A stretch of 63,003 bases of DNA, the filler included, from Choristocarpus tenellus KU-1152 (Eukaryota > Protista > Phaeophyceae): the NCBI GenBank assembly GCA_964200185.2. It is 11 parts of 11 records of this genome, joined end to end, with 100 filler letters (N's around TTAATTAATTAA, not from the genome) between each part and the next. Parts side by side here need not be neighbours in the genome. Positions count along the whole stretch, not along the records: positions 47,977 to 53,953 come from CAXNAD020009262.1; positions 54,054 to 59,356 come from CAXNAD020011220.1; positions 59,457 to 63,003 come from CAXNAD020019339.1; 8 more parts are not named here. One strand, given 5' to 3'. The stretch's first letter is position 1; each line of letters starts with the position of its first letter. This document shows, one piece after another, positions 49,300 to 61,125 of this stretch. The translations under genes were made by a program, and so were the position numbers. The notes beneath the pieces were generated by a model. That model was not told where the DNA came from. It made no database searches and saw nothing but the letters and a program-made list of their open reading frames with translations.

Positions 49300-52262
49300 T
49301 TCATGGCCCAAGAAGCTGAGCAAAATCTTTGCAAAAAATACAGTCCACACGGTAAGACTCCTCATCGGCACGAAGAGCCTTAGGACCCTTCATTATGGGG
49401 GCTCCATTCTTGTTAGGACAGGATGAACAGTCTCACCAAGAATGCCACGAGGATCCTCTCCAAGATGTATCTTACGGAAGGTCAAATTCATCTGGTATGC
49501 TACATGATCTGGAAGGTTGAAGGTGTCACTAAGGTCACGCATGGCAATTTGATGGACCTTGCCATGATTCGCTCTGAGCCATAGTTGAGGAGAGCTTATC
49601 TGAAACGATGTATGCTCCGACTGATGATCAAACACGGAGTTCGACTCTATAGCCCTCTCCACGTACTCTTGACAGTCTTCTGGATTTGTACTAAGTACGT
49701 CCGTCAGGAGCCAATCTGACATCGGTACACTCTCCTCTAGCCTACGAGTCAGTGAATTATGTTTCTCCTTTTCGTTCTGTTTTTCAATCCAATACTTCTC
49801 CAAACCGAATGGACGGCACTCTCCAGGGATTTGGGCTGCAGTGACCGCAACACCGTTTCCAGTATCGAACTGACAGAAAACAATAGCAGTCCACAAAGGA
49901 AAATAAAAAAGATTCAGCATGATCAACACATTGTTGGGAGGAAATGTTACTACCTAACAAAAATATGCAAGAGCATCATCACATATCATTTTATGGGTAA
50001 TATGTTGAAGGAAAACTAGTCCAACACTGCTATTCCGAGTACACAGTACAAGGTACGTCAAGATGCATGCGACACTACAACATAAATCTGAATAAAAAGC
50101 AACATGTACTTCACGTGCCATGCCTGGTCTTGTAATCTCTTCGCCGTCCAATTTCACCATCAGTGCCCCATCTGCCAAACAGGCATAGTCCAAGGGACAA
50201 GATGTTTCCAAGTTGTGTGGATCCTTGACAACAATTTTCACTTTATGTTTGTTTCCGTCGTCCCCACAAAGGATCATGCCTAATGCTATAATGTACGTGT
50301 GTCAGGGAAGCTGGACAGGGCCGATACACGTATGTTTATGATGTTGCACTCTCCATCATGAACCAGATTGTAAACGCCTCCATCATGTCCAGTGACGTCG
50401 AACTTCTGTCCACCAAAGTCCACCAAGTGGGGATCACCATATACTCGAGGAGTAACTATTAGAAGGAGCACACAATAATAAAAAGCACGATAAAAGTCAA
50501 AGCAATGGTCACTATAAGCGTGCATGTACAGTGCATGCTGGGAAACCTAGATATGTGCCCCCACGATCATTTGTTAACTAGAAAACCAAAAGTGACAAAT
50601 GTGCACATTTCACCAGTCCATATTATGTAGCTTAATGTATTGTTGATTCCTCACCATAACGACCCAAGCCGGTGTCTTCAAAGCAGACCCCAGAAGTGCA
50701 CGAGCAAGTGTCAGAAGTAGCTCCACAATCGTTACCCTGTTGACACAAATTAAGACCAAATTTAGCATGTAGTGGGCAGATTCTTCTCAAATATCAACTT
50801 CAGTATTGTTCTACATACAAGCGTGACAGATCATCCAATATTAACCCAATATTAATATTAATTGACGGACGAAGTTGAAGGGTACCTTAGAGACACCCAA
50901 CCGAACACTCTAGGATGAGAAAGAGCACAAACAAATCAAAAGGAGTGTAAGTACTCTAGCGTTTCAACAAAAACTTACTTTGGTTGGCTAACATTATCCG
51001 GTACAGTTTAAAATGTCATCATATATAAATTGCAAACAACTGGCTACAGCAAGTGCTACTAATGTAAACACCCTACCATGAGGTCCCATCTTTGCAACTC
51101 ATGTAAAGGAAAACGATCACAACATGAAATTGAAGTTAGCACTGCATTTCACACAAATATCATTTTCTTGTAAATTCCTTCATACGCAACCAGGGAAGAA
51201 CAAAATAATCATCAAGCAGTGATCGTCTCTTACATCTGTGGTTGCTGACGGTGATGAGCAGATCAATGGTAACCCAGAAATAATGTATCGACACATGCCA
51301 GGGTCTGAGCCGGAAGCGCAGCCAGCAAGAACGTCTTGTTGCTCAACCACGCACTATTATTGTGTGAAGAGGTATTTGTGAACAAAGGGAAAAGAGAATG
51401 ACACAAGTGTAGACTTGATTTAACGGTAAGACCCTGATCTATTCAATGTTTTGACTACCGGAAACTTAATTGACATCAGGAAAAAAGACTATTACAGTAT
51501 CATAGAACTATCATTTAGGCATACAAGCAGAAACGAAAGCAAATTGAATTCCTACCATATTGCCGCTTATAAAAAGCACTCACAGAGTCACCAACATTTA
51601 GTTGAACCATAGCGGCTGATGTTGAGACTGGGGTCAGTGCTGGTACAGGAGCTTGCTTGAGATCTGGTCTTCCCGATGGTGCAGGAGCTGGGGTCGGTGG
51701 TCTTGGTCTAGAGACTAGAGCTGGGGTCGGTGGTGGTGCAGGAGCTGGGGTTGGTGGTCTTGGTCTTGAGACTGGAGCTTGGGTCAGTGATGGTGCAGGT
51801 GCGGGTGTCTGTCCTCGTAAAGGAGCTTGGGTCAGGGGTGGTGCAGGAGCTGGTGTCTGTCCTCGTAAAGGAGCTGGAGTTGGTGCTTGTGCAGGAGCTG
51901 GGGTTGGTGCTGGTGCAGGAGCTTGGGTCGTTACTGGTGCAGGTGCTGGGGATGGTGCTGGTGTAGGTGCCGGTGAAGGAGCTTGAGTTGGTACAATTTT
52001 TGTTTCTTTATTTATTTATTATTTATACAGTTGCAATTTTTGTTACCCTCATCATCCACCAATTATTTTTCTTTCCTTTATATTTATTACTCCTTTATTT
52101 TTATTTAACCTCTCTTTTTTCTTTTCTTTTTTCTATTTTGTTCCCCTCATTTTCCACCTTTTTTCTTTCCTTTCTGTTTATTACTGTTTTTTTCCCTTTA
52201 ATTATTATTAGTATTTGTTGCTCTCATTGGTCCTTTATTTATTTTTTAATTTTTGTCATTAC
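49300..52262 (-). pseudogene. Extracellular-type protein: Pro/Thr/Ala repeats, a Cys-rich module and a root-cap/VWD-like (GDPH) domain. Frameshifted
   Basis: Exons ~51995-51610 (PTPAP repeats), 51353-51234, 50736-50655, 50455-50119 (YGDPHLVDFGGQKFDVTG) and 49869-~49300 (RGILGET). Frameshifts near 50298 and 49410, and stops in the K/N-rich 5' exon. Confidence 0.7.
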
Positions 52263-52469
52263 CTGTTTTGCGCACTAGCAGCCTTGAGTATGTTTTGTGC
52301 TTGGGGGGTATAGGGCAGGCAATATCAGATGCCGAGTAGGTCACGAATAATGTAAGTCTAATCCTTGATAGCATTTGCACTTATAACTGGGAAGATTGGA
52401 ACGGAGGAATTCTAAGCCTAATCAGAACTATGTACTTTGTAGCTTTTGAACATCCAATTCAGAAGAAAT

Positions 52470-52965
52470 AAGTGTATACTCCAATTAGCCCAGACATAAT
52501 TCAACGGAGATTGTATTGTGTGACCTTGTGGACACTTTGAAGTGAACATGTATAAATTAACCGCATTTGTCATTAGAGAGATCGGAACCTGGGACCCATT
52601 CATTTTAGGAGAGAGAGAGATACATATAAAGTTTGAAGACGTTTCAGAAGGAACAGATGTATACTCAGATTAGACCAGGAGTAAACCGACTCTGATAGTA
52701 TTCTGTGGCCCTTAGGATAGATTCTCCCAAGGAAAACAAGGAAATTTCTTGATCTATTTGGGCCTAGTGGAGTTATATATATTTTTTAATGAAAATATGT
52801 ACTCTGATTTGGTCAGACAAACATTGATCTTGACTGCGTCTTACGACCTTTGGAGATCCATTCTCAAAAAAATAAAAGGAGACATGTCGATCATTGTTGG
52901 AAACAACTGGTTAATTTGGAACTGAAGTCGCTGTGTTGGAAACAACTGGCAAATTTGGAATTGTA
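52470..52965 (+). repeat. Diverged repeat cluster (GTATACTC...TGTGACC units; TGTTGGAAACAACTGG x2)
   Basis: Related blocks at about 52470, 52657 and 52797. One block matches 11480-11552. Confidence 0.55.
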
Positions 52966-53884
52966 GCCCCTATATAATTAAATGGCGACCAATACATGCT
53001 GCATCAGCATGATCTAAGGTGATGGATGATATCTATTATCCTGATCCGTTGTTTGCTTGAAACATGTATACCTAGTTCACGCTGGGGGGCATGTTACAGA
53101 TGAATAGCATAAGTATTTCTTCTCGCATTCTAACAAGCAGGAGCAGTATACACACGTGGGGAACCTTATAAAGAGGAACTCCGATTTGCTAATGGTTGCA
53201 GAGTAAGATCTGTATCTTGGGAATGTCACAACGGTTTTCAGATGTATTCCAACTTATATTAATCAAAACAAATGAAACGCAGATGATGATAAAAGAAATA
53301 AAGAGCGCAGCATAATGAAAGGCCCCGCCAGAAGTCAGTTCTTTTGTTTGATGCCTTTTTCGCACTGACGTTGAAAGAACGAAGTACCCCTATCCTGCTA
53401 ACCTGACGTGCGTTGGATTACTTGTAGACTGCTGAAGTATCCTGAGAGGCTTGCACGAGCATCAGCATCTTTTATAGGCTTGTGGATTGGAGCTATACAT
53501 CCTGTGGAGCTAAGCTTCTGGAACGTGCTGTAATACTTGCCCAATTTTGTCTCGCCAATTTTTCCCCATGGATTGAGCTGTCTGCTTGTTAAAGAATGTG
53601 TAGAACCTCAAGACTTGATATTGAAATATGTAGATTAGTTCCTTCTCAGTTTCGTTGTAGTAGGTAGAAAGTTGGAGAGAGAAACACCATCCTAGTGCGG
53701 AGAGTGATAAATCTTTCACTCATCCCTGATCACTAGTAACTCATCACTCAATATATGTTACTCGCTGCAACATTCCTTTTTCAGGACTCTTCTTATGGTA
53801 CTGCAATAACCTGGATGGTGGTATCTAAATTACTCATCAGAAAGATTACTATAAACTATCCAGTTGTCCAACAATTGATTGTTT

Positions 53885-53953
53885 GAGTGAAAGTATCTTA
53901 GAGGGTACGAGTTTTGCCCTGTTTGTCCATTTGGGGCTTGGCTTCCCGTGGGG
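53885..53953 (-). mobile_element. MITE family A terminus at contig end
   Basis: Consensus GAGTGAAAGTATCTTAGAGGGTACGAGTTTTGCCCTGTTTGTCCATTTGGGG. Confidence 0.9.
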
Positions 53954-54094
53954 NNNNNNNNNNNNNNNNNNNNNNNNNNNNNNNNNNNNNNNNNNNNTTA
54001 ATTAATTAANNNNNNNNNNNNNNNNNNNNNNNNNNNNNNNNNNNNNNNNNNNNCCCCCCCCCCCCGCTCCCCGTCTGGGTTTTTTAAAAGAACC

Positions 54095-54095
<1 letters not shown>

Positions 54096-54129
<34 letters not shown>

Positions 54130-54142
54130 ATACTTTTGACCC
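54096..54142. mobile_element. MITE family B terminus near contig start
   Basis: Long poly-C followed by GATACTTTTGACCC. Confidence 0.7.
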
Positions 54143-55376
54143 AGAGAACAGGAAAAACAGATGCTATCCATGAACAGTACTACGTCAGCATTCAGCGTGA
54201 ACAGCTGTACCTGTCTAAAGAGGCAATCAGGTTGGATCCTGAACCAAGGACAGGAGAAGGCAAGGGCTGAGATGCGTCAAGGGGCAGAGTGTTAACTTAG
54301 TTTAGTTTAGTTTAGTCTAGTCTAGTTTAGCATAGTTTGTGGAAAATTTTAACATTTGGGAGGAGCGCAAGCGCAACCTCCTCGGTGAAGATTATACGGT
54401 GGATAAGTTTCAAGTTTCCAAACAAACTTTCAGCAGGGATTACAGCACTTCACGGTTTTCAGTCCAAGTGCAAGAGCCTGCTCCGCCTGCGGTCACCAGA
54501 CATCTTGGCCACTGGCAAGCCCCCCATCAAGTAAGTTTGCCAAGTGCCGTCTGTGGTAGTGAGGATTTTATAAATGTATATTTTTTCACCCACACAAATT
54601 TGGGACATTTCGGACAAGACAATCTTTGTTCTTCTTCACTCTCGCCTCCCTTGTCTTGTCTGATCATTTTCGCTGCTACCTCAAGGCAAAACTCAGGCCC
54701 CAACCCACCCCTTCAACCAAGACGATCTAGCCATAACGGGATCATCTCTAAATCGTTTTGCATTGTAATGGAAAGCACCTCGGAGAAGTGCACACACCAT
54801 TTTCCTTTGCCCAGGGAGAACATTGGTGACAGTTGTATGGCAACCAATTTTTTCAGTTTCAGGGCCTGCTCAAGTACTGACTGCCTCTCACCAAGCAAAC
54901 ATTGATGTCAGGCAACTCCTTGCAAGACAACTACAACCACGGCGTATCATTTATAATCAAGAAACAACTAGGAATAGGGTCACCTAAAGAGTACAAGTGA
55001 TCAAAGTACAAGCAAGCACTATCAATAACAAGTCTACTACATACTATACTATTTAACTCCTACGTTTCACTGCGAACAAAGACCCAAAGCCTTAATAAGA
55101 GACATTTCACACCTAATACAGCCGGCCCACAGAACTCCCCAAAACACACAAAACACTACTTACTCTTTCTCCTATCCAAGCTTAATCAGCTCTACCATCA
55201 TCACACCATGCAGAGGCACAACAAATACATGTCGGACTCCCCAGAGGAGAGAGGGCAACCCTACAAGAGCAAAGTCGTACATTTGCACACAAACATCAAC
55301 CGTAATCGATTACCTCTAGGTCCAATGCATGTACACCAACCGTAATCGATACCATGACTCCAACAAGAAAGTGGTG

Positions 55377-55704
55377 CTACATTGTACACACTGCAAGTTA
55401 TGAGACTGTATCACTACATTGTACACACTGCAAGTTACAAGACTTTATCACTAGATTGTGCACACTACAAGTTATGAGATTATATCACTAGATTGTACAC
55501 ACTGCAAGTTACAAGACTTTATCACTAGATTGTGCACACTACAAGTTATGAGATTATATCACTAGATTGTACACACTACAAGTTACAAGACTATCACTAC
55601 ATTGTACACACTACATGTTATGAGACTATCACTACATTGTACACACTACATGTTATGAGACTATATCACTACATTGTACACACTACAAGTTACAAGACTG
55701 TATC
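55377..55704 (+). repeat. 35-37-bp minisatellite x~9 (ATCACTA[CG]ATTGTACACACTACAAGTTA...GAC), partly dimeric
   Basis: Read directly. The variants TTACAAGACTTT and TTATGAGATTAT alternate. Confidence 0.93.
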
Positions 55705-55969
55705 GTGCCTGCAGCACAGGGACTGTCCTCGGATTGCATTTCAAGACATTTGTCTCCTCAGTGGTCTATCACACGGCACTCTAGAGCTTACAGTACTTGG
55801 TAACAAGGTGTGTGCCCGACGGCAGTCATCGAGACCAAAATTTCACGTAGTTACTACTCCTCTTGGGATTGAAAGATGACCACTACAACTGCACATGCAC
55901 ACATGCATGTAGACAGTTCTGTTTTCCGTTATTAATTCGAGGCTTCAAGGTAGGCCTCACAGTTTTGGC

Positions 55970-56003
<34 letters not shown>

Positions 56004-56703
56004 CGTCTTGAGCTCCAGACACAGAGGCCATTGAAATTGCCACCTGTCTTAACCTAACTTAACCTTGATGAGTCACTTCGACACTATCCAGCTTTAACAT
56101 AGGTGGTAGGCAGTCTCAAAGACACAACAAGCGCCATCTACACTCGTCACAGTGACACGGCCAACAACAAAGGGTCTCTTCATCATCGCAAACATCTTTT
56201 AAAGAGGAAGGCCACCGCAAAATGCTCTTGCAACCCAATTTAAGAAACAATTTAAACACATCACTCTCTAGTCCTTCGCATGCCCTGACACACGGATACA
56301 CACAGAACAAAATAAAAACCCCTTCCAATACACACCCGGCGGTAGTTCTTCACCAGCAGATACTCGGCACGCATCAAACCCACACAATCATTTTATTTAT
56401 TTTTAGGACCATTAAAAAAAAATGTGCGGTTGCCAGATCACACCCCTGTTGAAAAGTACTACCCAGAGTCCCACCTTAGCACGCAAGGAAGCTGAAAAGC
56501 TAGTGTGTATTGTACATAGTAACTGTCTATTGTACACACTAAATTCATCATGCCCAAGCACATTTCCCAACCTGGAGAGCAAAAGGTACCGAGGTATTAG
56601 CACACCACAGAAAAAAGAAAAAAGGAACGAACGCCTTCCAGAGGCAAGAAAAAAAGAAAAAGAAAAAAGAACAGTTAAAAAAAAATAAATCGATGGAACT
56701 CAC

Positions 56704-58567
56704 TTCTTCTTCTTCATCAATGTGCCCCCCCCCACGCTCTCTTCCGCCGGCGCAGCAGTTGTTACGGCCACTGCACCTGTTGCAGCAGCAGATATGCTCT
56801 CAAAGCCATATCCGTGCGCCCTCTCCCGAAAGGACGCCTGCGGATCAAACTGGAAATCCAGGAACATAGACCGGGCCTGAGAGAAGGGGGAAGGAAGGGT
56901 CAATCAGAGTGATTGCAAAAGTGCTTTGCAAGTCTAAAAGTTGGGAGGAGGATCTCAGAAGGCTGTCTGTCAGGCCCCGCCCAATAACCAGAGTCCAGCG
57001 TGACGTGATGCCCTGCGTTTTTTCATGCGACTTCTGGACAAACTGCAAGGACTCGACTGATTCGTCTTTTCCTGCTTGGGGATCTCTTCAAACTTAAAAA
57101 AAAAACACCTGCATCAGCACGTGAGGAGTAGTACACAATGAACAACATTGTCTGCTTCCTGAAAAAGAGAAAAACAAGGACAAATTTAAGTCCCACGTTG
57201 TACTCTATTTGAATAAGTTGACTTTAAAAGCTCTAGGAAGCACTCCCACCTGAAATCGCCACGGATGACTCAAACTAAAACACGGCACTTGACCCGTCTC
57301 TTAACACACAGCACACGAAATGAGCCACTCGAAAAGTTCTAGTAAAACATGCAAGGCGTTACTTCTCTTCAGATGTTCTGCCCCCCCCCCCCCCCCCAAA
57401 AAAAAAAAAAAAAAAATAAAAAAAAACAAAACAAAAAAAAAAAAAAAATGAATACGATTCTATTCTTGTTCACAAACAAAAAATGTATCAAGGAAAAAGT
57501 GAATACTCGACGATTTAAACAAACGGTCACAATATGGCAGTCAAATACATACACCCCCAAACATAGGTACACCCTTCTCAACTCCAAATAAAATAAAAAA
57601 TCAGACAAAAGATCAGTTATGGCAGACCCAGAGAAAATTCATCCCACAAAAAATAAAAATTAGCAATTTCTTTTGACCGCCTCCTGTTGCAAGCATGTAT
57701 CGTTCAACAAAACCTTCACTAGGAACAAATTGGCCAATGAGAAACCCCAGTAACATAAAAGAACCAATGAGAGATCCACAGTCCAATATTCACATGTCAA
57801 AAATTCCAAAAGATCCAGTGTTACACCAGTCAAATCATCACATTGGTTCCCAATTGGAGATATACATGTTGCTCTTGGTCACCCCAGAACAGGCTTGCAT
57901 GGATTTTGAGAAATTAGCATTCCATGTCAAGGAGAACTGAGCAGGTATTGATTGGCACACCAAAGATCCAAAGTCGAAACAGACTCCAACATTGTCATAT
58001 TTTTCTACACAAGCAGTGGAACTTACAACTAGGTAACGTAAAGTCAGCATTTGATAATTGGATCTATATAGGTAGGTACAACCCTTTGTATCATGGATGT
58101 TTCTTAGTTCCAGCGTTAAAATGTTGAAAAACATAGGGCAACAATCCCTTGTTCTTTAGCAAACCCTTTGATAATCTAATAAACTACCGTACCTTGCACC
58201 CTCAAGTAACTGACAATAACAACACCCTTCAGAGGTGATGGGGTATCTTTGGGGAGGGAATTATTTCCTTTTTTCTTTTTTTTCTTTTTTTTCTTTTTTT
58301 TGGGGGGGGGGTGCGCCTCAATAAGGCAAAACAAGTGCAAGGCCCCAAACACACAAAAGTATTTCACTTCAAATGCACAAAATATCCCTAACCCTAAACC
58401 TATTTTTTCTGAATCCATGAAAAAAAAAGGCAATTACGACCACAAAATCCCAATGTAACCCCCCCCCCCCACAGAGGACGACCAATGCTCACCCACCTTT
58501 CGCGAAACCCCTCTGGCAGCTGCCACATCCACCTCATCTGTAGCCATAGCACGCACAAGATCAACCC
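56704..58567 (-). CDS. Unidentified spliced gene fragment, exons 58567-58497 and 56876-56704
   Basis: GC-rich AG/GT exons join in phase 0: VDLVRAMATDEVDVAAARGVSRK|ARSMFLDFQFDPQASFRERAHGYGFE. Confidence 0.55.
57830..58130 (+). mobile_element. Decayed copia reverse-transcriptase fragment (intronic)
   Basis: Frameshifted HIGS..., AGIDW..., WNLQLGNVKSAF resemble the copia RT motifs GIDY and QLDVKSAF. Confidence 0.45.
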
Positions 58568-59281
58568 CTGTCAAGCCATTCTCTCGGATCTTCAAAAAAT
58601 ATACAATCCATTTCGCATCGGTCCAGCCCATTGCAAGAAAGACAGATGAGAGAGTGGGCAGGGGGGAAGGGGAACAGAGGTCCGAACCCCGGTTGCCATT
58701 TTGAGGGTTTGAGAGGTATCTTTCGAGGACGTTGCATAGAAGCATGGCTTGAGAGGGGCCGCACAGAAAAATGGCGAGGAAAATATTGGCATAAAATAAA
58801 GAGTAGAAAACAACCACGCCAGAGAAGATTTACAATTAGATGAACAAGCACAATTAAGAACCTTTTACGCACGCCAGCACAGGGATGTAAAAAACATCTA
58901 ATTGTAAACTAATTGTAAACTAGAGGGCTCAAGACTTGCACGAGGGGGGGGGGCAATCTTGCTGAGAAGTTGGAGATCGTAACCGAAAAAACGTGGGAGG
59001 GTCAGCAAACGCTATGATGATGAACAGAAATTCATTGACAGCGTGTGAGGAATACTTCTTCAAGCAATCGTGGATTAATTTTGAAGTCAATGCGTACGTG
59101 CTAGTCCAGTCGGTGCATTGGAAACACACATTGCACCCATGCGAAGTGAATATGATTGCTTGGCGATGAGCCAAACATAATCCACGCTGCAACCCAATGT
59201 GGGCCTAATTCTGAGTCATACATACAAAGAGTAGTCTGTATCAACATGTGAACAAAATGTGATTGCAAGAGGTGGATTGCA

Positions 59282-59316
<35 letters not shown>

Positions 59317-59702
59317 GGGGGGAGGGGGGGGGGGGGGGAAAAAAAAAAAAAAAAAANNNNNNNNNNNNNNNNNNNNNNNNNNNNNNNNNNNNNNNNNNNN
59401 TTAATTAATTAANNNNNNNNNNNNNNNNNNNNNNNNNNNNNNNNNNNNNNNNNNNNCTGTGGGTCTTCCCGCTCCCCTACATTACGAAGAACCTGTCGGC
59501 TGTTTCCACCTGTTTCACAGTGGCGACAACGGCAATCGTTTTGAAGTGGGAGAGTACTTTTCCAGTACTTTTTGGGGGAAACTCTGAGTACATTTCCTGT
59601 ACTTCGAGCACCACTTATGCCAAATTATTCTGATTGGCATACAGTTCGATCAAGGAGAAGACAAATACGTTCCACACAACATCAAACCGATTTCAGGTTT
59701 TA

Positions 59703-60350
59703 ATGGCGGAGGAATTCAAGGAAAACGAGCCTGATGAGCACTTACTCCCAGTTTTTCAAGATCAGGATCCTTTATCCTTCGAGGAAGTTATCCTTGATGA
59801 TGGGAGGAAACTGTTGGTTCATAAGGCATCTGGAATCTTTGCTAACCCTGATTTTCGAATGGTGGATCAACGGGTGGTACAACAACTTATGTCTGCAGAC
59901 AATAACCCCCTTATTCCATCTACTTTACCACCGACCCCGCCTGTCTCTCAGTCTACCCATGTCCCAACCTCAAGGTCTATCTCGACCCCGTCAGCGCCAA
60001 GCTCTTCCCATTGAAGGACGTCGTCTACGGGAGATTTGTGCATAACTTTGATCAACGACGAATTGAAGACTGCTCTGGAAGAGAGACGTCCTCCTAACAT
60101 GGACCTAATCCGGAATTGGACGGAGACAAGAGACATGACTGATGTAAAGCAATCCCCCCCAACGGCCTCCATTACTACTTTACCGATAATGTCATTAGCG
60201 AATTTTCTTAAAGATATGCGTCTGCCTTCAACTATAACTGACGTACCAACTCTTCTGACAAGTTTTCGTATGCACGTCACACTTCAACTTCATGAATCAC
60301 AACGTGATCAGTTAACTGTTGATAGGCATGTATGGCCTATTTACCTTTGA
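59703..60350 (+). pseudogene. Orphan coding-like region broken by two frame changes
   Basis: Protein-like composition continues across three overlapping frames (MAEEFKENE..., RPRQRQALPIEGRRLREIC, ITLINDELKTALEERRPP...). No family recognised. Confidence 0.35.
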
Positions 60351-61125
60351 TTTTAGATACTAATGCCAATATGCTATATTTGCAGAGTATGTAAGGTATA
60401 TATTTATTTCTTCCCTGCGTCTCTGGATGGGTTTGGAAACTTTATGCGAGTCATACCTTGCTCTTTTTTAGGATATATATGGGAATAATTCCCATATGTT
60501 GTATGCATATGACATGTACAATACACTACAATAAAACTACAAATTTTGATGTATTTCGAGGAAACTTGAACTTTCTTTTTGAGTTATTGAGACTTTTTGG
60601 TTGGTGGGGTTGTAGACGGAGAGGAAAAGACAGATGAGGTCATTCCTATCACGTACCCCAAAAACGAGATGTGGAGAAGATCAAGTGTTTCCTACATAAC
60701 CTGCAAATATCTTTACTGATCAGGTTCGATCGAGTGAACTCTTATTCTGACCTAGTGGGTAACAGAATTTGGAGAGGTGACGCTCGCGAATAGGCGGAAT
60801 GTTGATGTAGGTACTTCGATCGGGGAGGACTCCCCTTTGTCAACTTTTAGGGTCCACGCCTATTTATCCTGACCAATGTGCCTCGGAGCAACTGCCATAG
60901 AGCAAACGTCCAAGCCCTGGCTCCATCTAATAGAGTATTATAGCGTTTGATATGTTTTTGATTCCTACTACTATATTGTCACCTCATTCCCTAAACCAAT
61001 CAACCTCATGACAATACTTTTTTCCTTTGTGTTGCTATCGCAACCATTCCCCAATTTGTTTCCGTTGCACAAGTTGAAGACCCCAGAACTCCCCTGGTAC
61101 AAGTGAGCCAGTACCTCATGCAGCA

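Noticed and set aside
51657-52278. Gly-rich and hydrophobic plus-strand ORFs
   Set aside because: They are antisense shadows of the minus-strand Pro/Thr-rich and Lys/Asn-rich exon.
53510-53719. YNETEKELIYI as a Ty3/gypsy RNase H motif
   Set aside because: A single short motif with no supporting neighbouring motifs.
54336-54530. Open AG/GT-bounded plus-strand segment as an exon
   Set aside because: No partner exons or recognisable domain. It could equally be the 3' end of the minus-strand gene, so it is unresolved.
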